From Fimbriosthenelais zetlandica (Eukaryota): DNA of 64,000 bases. The first letter of the stretch is position 1; each line of letters opens with the position of its first letter. A program made the position numbers and the translations under genes. The DNA is taken from NCBI GenBank assembly GCA_977030845.1, contig OZ365113.1, forward strand, positions 15,810,001-15,874,000, read 5' to 3'. The notes beneath the pieces were generated by a model, which ran no database searches, was not told the DNA's origin, and was given only the letters and a program-made list of their open reading frames with translations. Positions 59,803 to 64,000 of the stretch are shown here, one piece after another.

Positions 59803-59816
59803 GTTGCCATGGCAAC
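59803..59816. promoter_or_regulatory. Perfect RFX X-box palindrome GTTGCCATGGCAAC
   Basis: Exact 14/14 match to the canonical RFX consensus. Confidence 0.7.
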
Positions 59817-60370
59817 TATCTCAGTCTTTTGCCGTTTTGAACATTTTATGCATTAATCCGACATTAAATTGTGCCAAATTGTGGCGAGCTGCAGCGGTCG
59901 CCGACGGCTGTGTGCAAGACGCGTATTGATCGCACCCTTCCCCTCCTTCCCTTATAGCTGCTCTTTCCTTCTCTGCCTCTTCTTCCTCTCCTTGCTTTCT
60001 CCATGGTTTCAATAGGAGGGGAGTTAGTGGTGGTGGAGGAGGACTGGCTTCTTCCTCCAGTATGTGGCTTCAGTAAGTGGCTTCCCGTGTGGTTTGCTCC
60101 AGCAGGCTTCTTCCCTGGCTGCCAAGCCACTGAGCGGTCAACCCTGACCATCGTCTACCTTATCACAGCCCAGATAAGCCCTGCTCCTCAGATAAGTCCC
60201 GCCAACATCCAACCATGGACACTCAGGTCTTTTTAGCAGCGCCATGTTATTTGGTGTCTAAGCCTGTAACGTCCTATGCAAGACCACCAGGGATAATGCA
60301 TGGAATAGTTTGGCATGACAAATTATTATCTGAAGATGGGGAATTAGGTCATGCTGATAGCAGTGTTTAG

Positions 60371-60406
60371 AGATGGGTTATAGAATATAGATGGGTTATA
60401 GAATAT
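60371..60406. repeat. Perfect 18-bp tandem duplication (agatgggttatagaatat x2)
   Basis: Directly visible. Confidence 0.95.
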
Positions 60407-63400
60407 CAATGACATGGGACATTTGCACCAGGCCACTAGTGGGAATGGGTTTCGCGGGAGCAAGACACTTGTGTACCTCCTCCTGCTAAAAATGTTGGGA
60501 ATTCCTTGAAGAGGACCAGATAAATCAACACGGAACACTGCCTACTGGGAATGGGACTACTGACGCCCCCTCAGAGACAAAAGCGCAGTGCTGGCGACCT
60601 GTTACAACGGTCACATCGAGCGATTTACGTCTTCATATTTTACCGTCTGCTGTCGACCTCAGTAATGGCGGCCGAGACTCGGCGAGAGTCTGCGTGATCT
60701 TATCTGGTGACTACCAAGTCGTACATATCAGATATGGCGGCCAAATATGTCGGTTGCGGCGAGCGCCATCGATTTGGGCTGAGACCACCCACCACAGGCC
60801 GATTGTATCACAAACAAACGTTTCAGCCCCAGAAAATAAGGCAATTGTGATAAATTTGCAGGTGGCATAGTGCGCGGATGAAGGGTTGGTATAAGAAGGG
60901 ACTGGAGGGACTGTCTATACAGGCGTGATCAGCCGGGCCGATTGAGGGCCTTCGTCAGATAATCCCCCCGATCATCATGCAGAGGTCTTTTTTTATAAAC
61001 CTAGTTGATGCATGGATGTTATAATATGCGTACTTTGTATCTTCATTAGACATTTCATCGCATGTCTAATATCAGTCATGTTTATGACTATTGAACACAT
61101 TAGACCTATATAAGAGATCAAAAGTTTGATTCGAAGAAATGCTGGGAAGTTAAATCATGTGAAACCATGACTTTAATTGCATGTAACACTTGAGATGGTC
61201 TGACATCCCACATGGCACGGCTTTGGTCAACCACTGACCATTATCAGTGGAACAAAAGCCAGGGTAATGATGATAAGCTATCTCTCCTATCCCTCCTCCA
61301 TGCAATGTCCATGTTTTGATGGGCAAGATATGACAATGTGATTATTGAAAACTTCAATAAGGCAGAGTTTTAACCACACTTTCTCATGAAGGTATACCTT
61401 TTATAATTTAGACTAGATACCCCGTTGATGTATGTATATACACTGATTTAAATTCAAAAGCTGTGGATGTGATTCGCCGGTCCTCTCTCGGATGGCTCAT
61501 ATATATCAACTACACACGAATTCCACTTTCCATGTGCTACTCACACTACTTTCCACATACTACTCCCTCATATTTCCTCCTGCAGATACAGGAGCAGAAG
61601 GAGGGTCAAAATACAGCTTCAGTGCTTTCTGAGATTTCAATATTGCTCTTCGCCGAGCTTCACCACTCCCTCCTCATCTAATTCTTTCCTCTTCCCTTCC
61701 ACCCCATTTCCTATGCTCCTCCGTAGTCTACAAGGCTTTGCCATCGGGAGGTGTTGGATCTCCCCCGGTACGAGCTGCCCCCTCCCCGGTCATCCTCCCC
61801 GTGATGGGTCGTTCCCAGCTCCATCAATACTCAACGCCCGGCGCCCAACCACAATAGAAAGGCCCTTATCTCCCCCGACCAACGGACCCGCCGGTTAGCA
61901 CGTCTTTGTGCGCCGTAATTGCATTATTTAATAGAATAATTTTCGAGTGCTTGACTGTGGCTATAATGGCCTGCCTATAATTTCCCCGATTCTCAACTAC
62001 TCGTGTATGTGTGGGGTGGATTTCAGTAGAAAGAAGTGCCCGCGGGGTGTTTAAAGGCCATGGGGTTCAGGGGTGAGTTTTTTTTTTACCCTGGGGGCGT
62101 TTGGCCTGAACCTCATACACCCCTGCTCTAAATGGAGCCTGTGCGCTAGCATCGGGCTATATTATGGAAGTTACAGTGCAGGTGGTCGGAGGAGGGGTGT
62201 CAGACTCCTACTGTGGCGAACCACGCCTCGGAAATAGCTTGATTATCGCCCAGTTAAAATGGATGTCATGATGGCAAGTAGCGCCAGGTTGACATCAGTT
62301 TACCAGCATAATCAAAACCCTATAGTCACCTCGGCTATCAATAGCCAGCGATATCAATAGGCAGAGCCACCACCCACCAGCCCCTGATGAATGGTCTATA
62401 CTGCCTTAAAGCCTAGATCGACACTGGAACTGACAAAATATCATGTTAGCATCAACTTTTCTCAACCAAAGTTGTGTTTGTGATACCCTGAAAATACACC
62501 CTGAGTCAAACCAATCACATGGAAGTATGCCTTTTTACATTTTAGGTGTTGTAGGGGTCTTAGAAGCCTGCAACAGGCAATGATTCATTGATTGGATTGG
62601 ATACATGTATCCCCCACTTCATGCGCCAGAATATACCCTTGATTCAATCACCACAATAATTGCAAATAATAAAGCAATTGGTCTTATTGGATTTTAGTAC
62701 TTGGTTTCCCGGCTTCGGAAGCCTAAGCAGGATCCAAAAACTAGTTAGATGTTGAATTGGACTATTCAAATTGGATATGTGTTATCGCAGCAATCATATT
62801 GAGGATGTGAAATATTTTATTGTGTTTGATGAGGAGGTGGCTTGCCTTGCTTGGTGCAATCAGTCAGAGATGGTAATTTTTACTGCCTTATAATTCAATA
62901 GAGTCTTGAGATGAATTAATGAATGATGATCATGCCGGGAAGTGACTTCTAATTTAATGACTATATCTGTCAATAGGTGTCCTCGCACGTGCCCTGCTGA
63001 TATATGAGCCAGAAGCCCTCCAAGTGTAATTCATTATGGAAGGGAGGTGCGAATAGATGCCCGTGTGCCTTGTGTCCACGAGAGCAAAGGCAAATAACTA
63101 ATGGGGTAAAGTAATACCCCATGACTACCCCTGACACTTGTGTATTGGCAGGGGATGTGTAGGGGGCAGACTCTCTCTCTGTCACCTCGTGTCATCATTG
63201 CTCTATTTGCTCTATTACGCTGATGGGCTGGCTTCAGTTTGTCACTGAATGGTGATCCCTTTATATATGGCAACAGGAGAGTATTTCAGAAGTGTAGTTG
63301 AACATTTCAATTGTTTTAACGACTGAAAAAGTTCTATTTTTAAGTCAGTCCTTGATCAACTATTCATTCGCAATAATATGGGGAAAATACCGGGTGTATA

Positions 63401-63937
63401 TTAGACTTGAATCCTTCAACTTGACTTGAAATTTTAATTATAAATATGCCAGACAAATGTCATTGTGTCGTAGGCCTAACTGAAAGACATGATATAGTCA
63501 GGTCATGGTAAGTGACCGTAGCTTTTGCGATTATCACAAGAACCAACAAATGTATCTATGAGGGACCACAATGTCGACCACACAGACTCTCAGATCTGGC
63601 CAGGGCAGGATGTGTTCATCCCAGGCCAGGAGAAGCCCCGGACAAGAACAGATACAATTTTCTAGTCGCCTGGACACACGCCATCTCGGCATATTCCACC
63701 AATCGGTGCGGTCCTAGCCCTTCAGCCCGGGCCTGCCTTTTGGTGCGGGCCTGCTCCTCCAAATGCTTATCTTGTTCCTCCAGCGTCCCGGTCGTCACGT
63801 GATGGCGTCATTGTCGCGCGCCTCCTGGGGGTGCCGTGAAGGGGTAGAGGACAGGAGGTAACCTTGGCAAACATACAACATGCCTGAGTGTGGTGTCTCG
63901 CGGGGTCACGTGATTTCTGTGAGATCCACGGCTTCTG

Positions 63938-63953
63938 GGCGCCAGGAGGTCTG
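63938..63953 (+). promoter_or_regulatory. BMP-response element GGCGCC-N5-GTCTG
   Basis: GGCGCC-AGGAG-GTCTG matches the Smad1/5-Smad4(-Schnurri) GRCGNC-N5-GTCT architecture with exact spacing. Confidence 0.55.
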
Positions 63954-64000
63954 ACCTTGACGCTTCATTGAAGGTATAGGTCAGATGACCTTCAGAATAC

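Noticed and set aside
53033-61070. Short hairpins at 53033-53066 and 61045-61070
   Set aside because: 9-bp AT-rich stems are expected a few times by chance.

Overview
Eukaryotic (animal) genomic DNA, AT-rich with scattered GC/CpG-rich islands. The only recognisable protein-coding gene is a minus-strand GATA1/2/3-class (GATA2/GATA3-like) zinc-finger transcription factor. Four coding exons can be reconstructed with canonical GT-AG sites and consistent phases: 27484-27223, 20612-20052, 13666-13521 and 9123-8998 (1095 nt, 365 aa, both C4 fingers). I could not find the terminal coding exon (expected VNRPLTMKKEGIQTRNRK) in 1-8997, so it probably lies left of the window. Taxon is probably a non-vertebrate bilaterian (inference only). 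The remaining ~35 kb (29.4-64 kb) has no recognisable gene and reads as a cis-regulatory desert: candidate alternative promoters and non-coding exons, dense GATA-site clusters, E-box-N8-GATA composites, and isolated perfect RFX, BMP/Smad, octamer and E2F elements. Best leads: a GATA2 +9.5-like composite in the homologous intron, a GATA3-like NAGNAG acceptor, and a candidate far-upstream TATA-driven spliced transcript. No prokaryotic system, CRISPR array, rRNA, tRNA or intact transposon was seen. All regulatory calls are by-eye motif matches, and chance estimates are rough hand calculations assuming about 58% AT.
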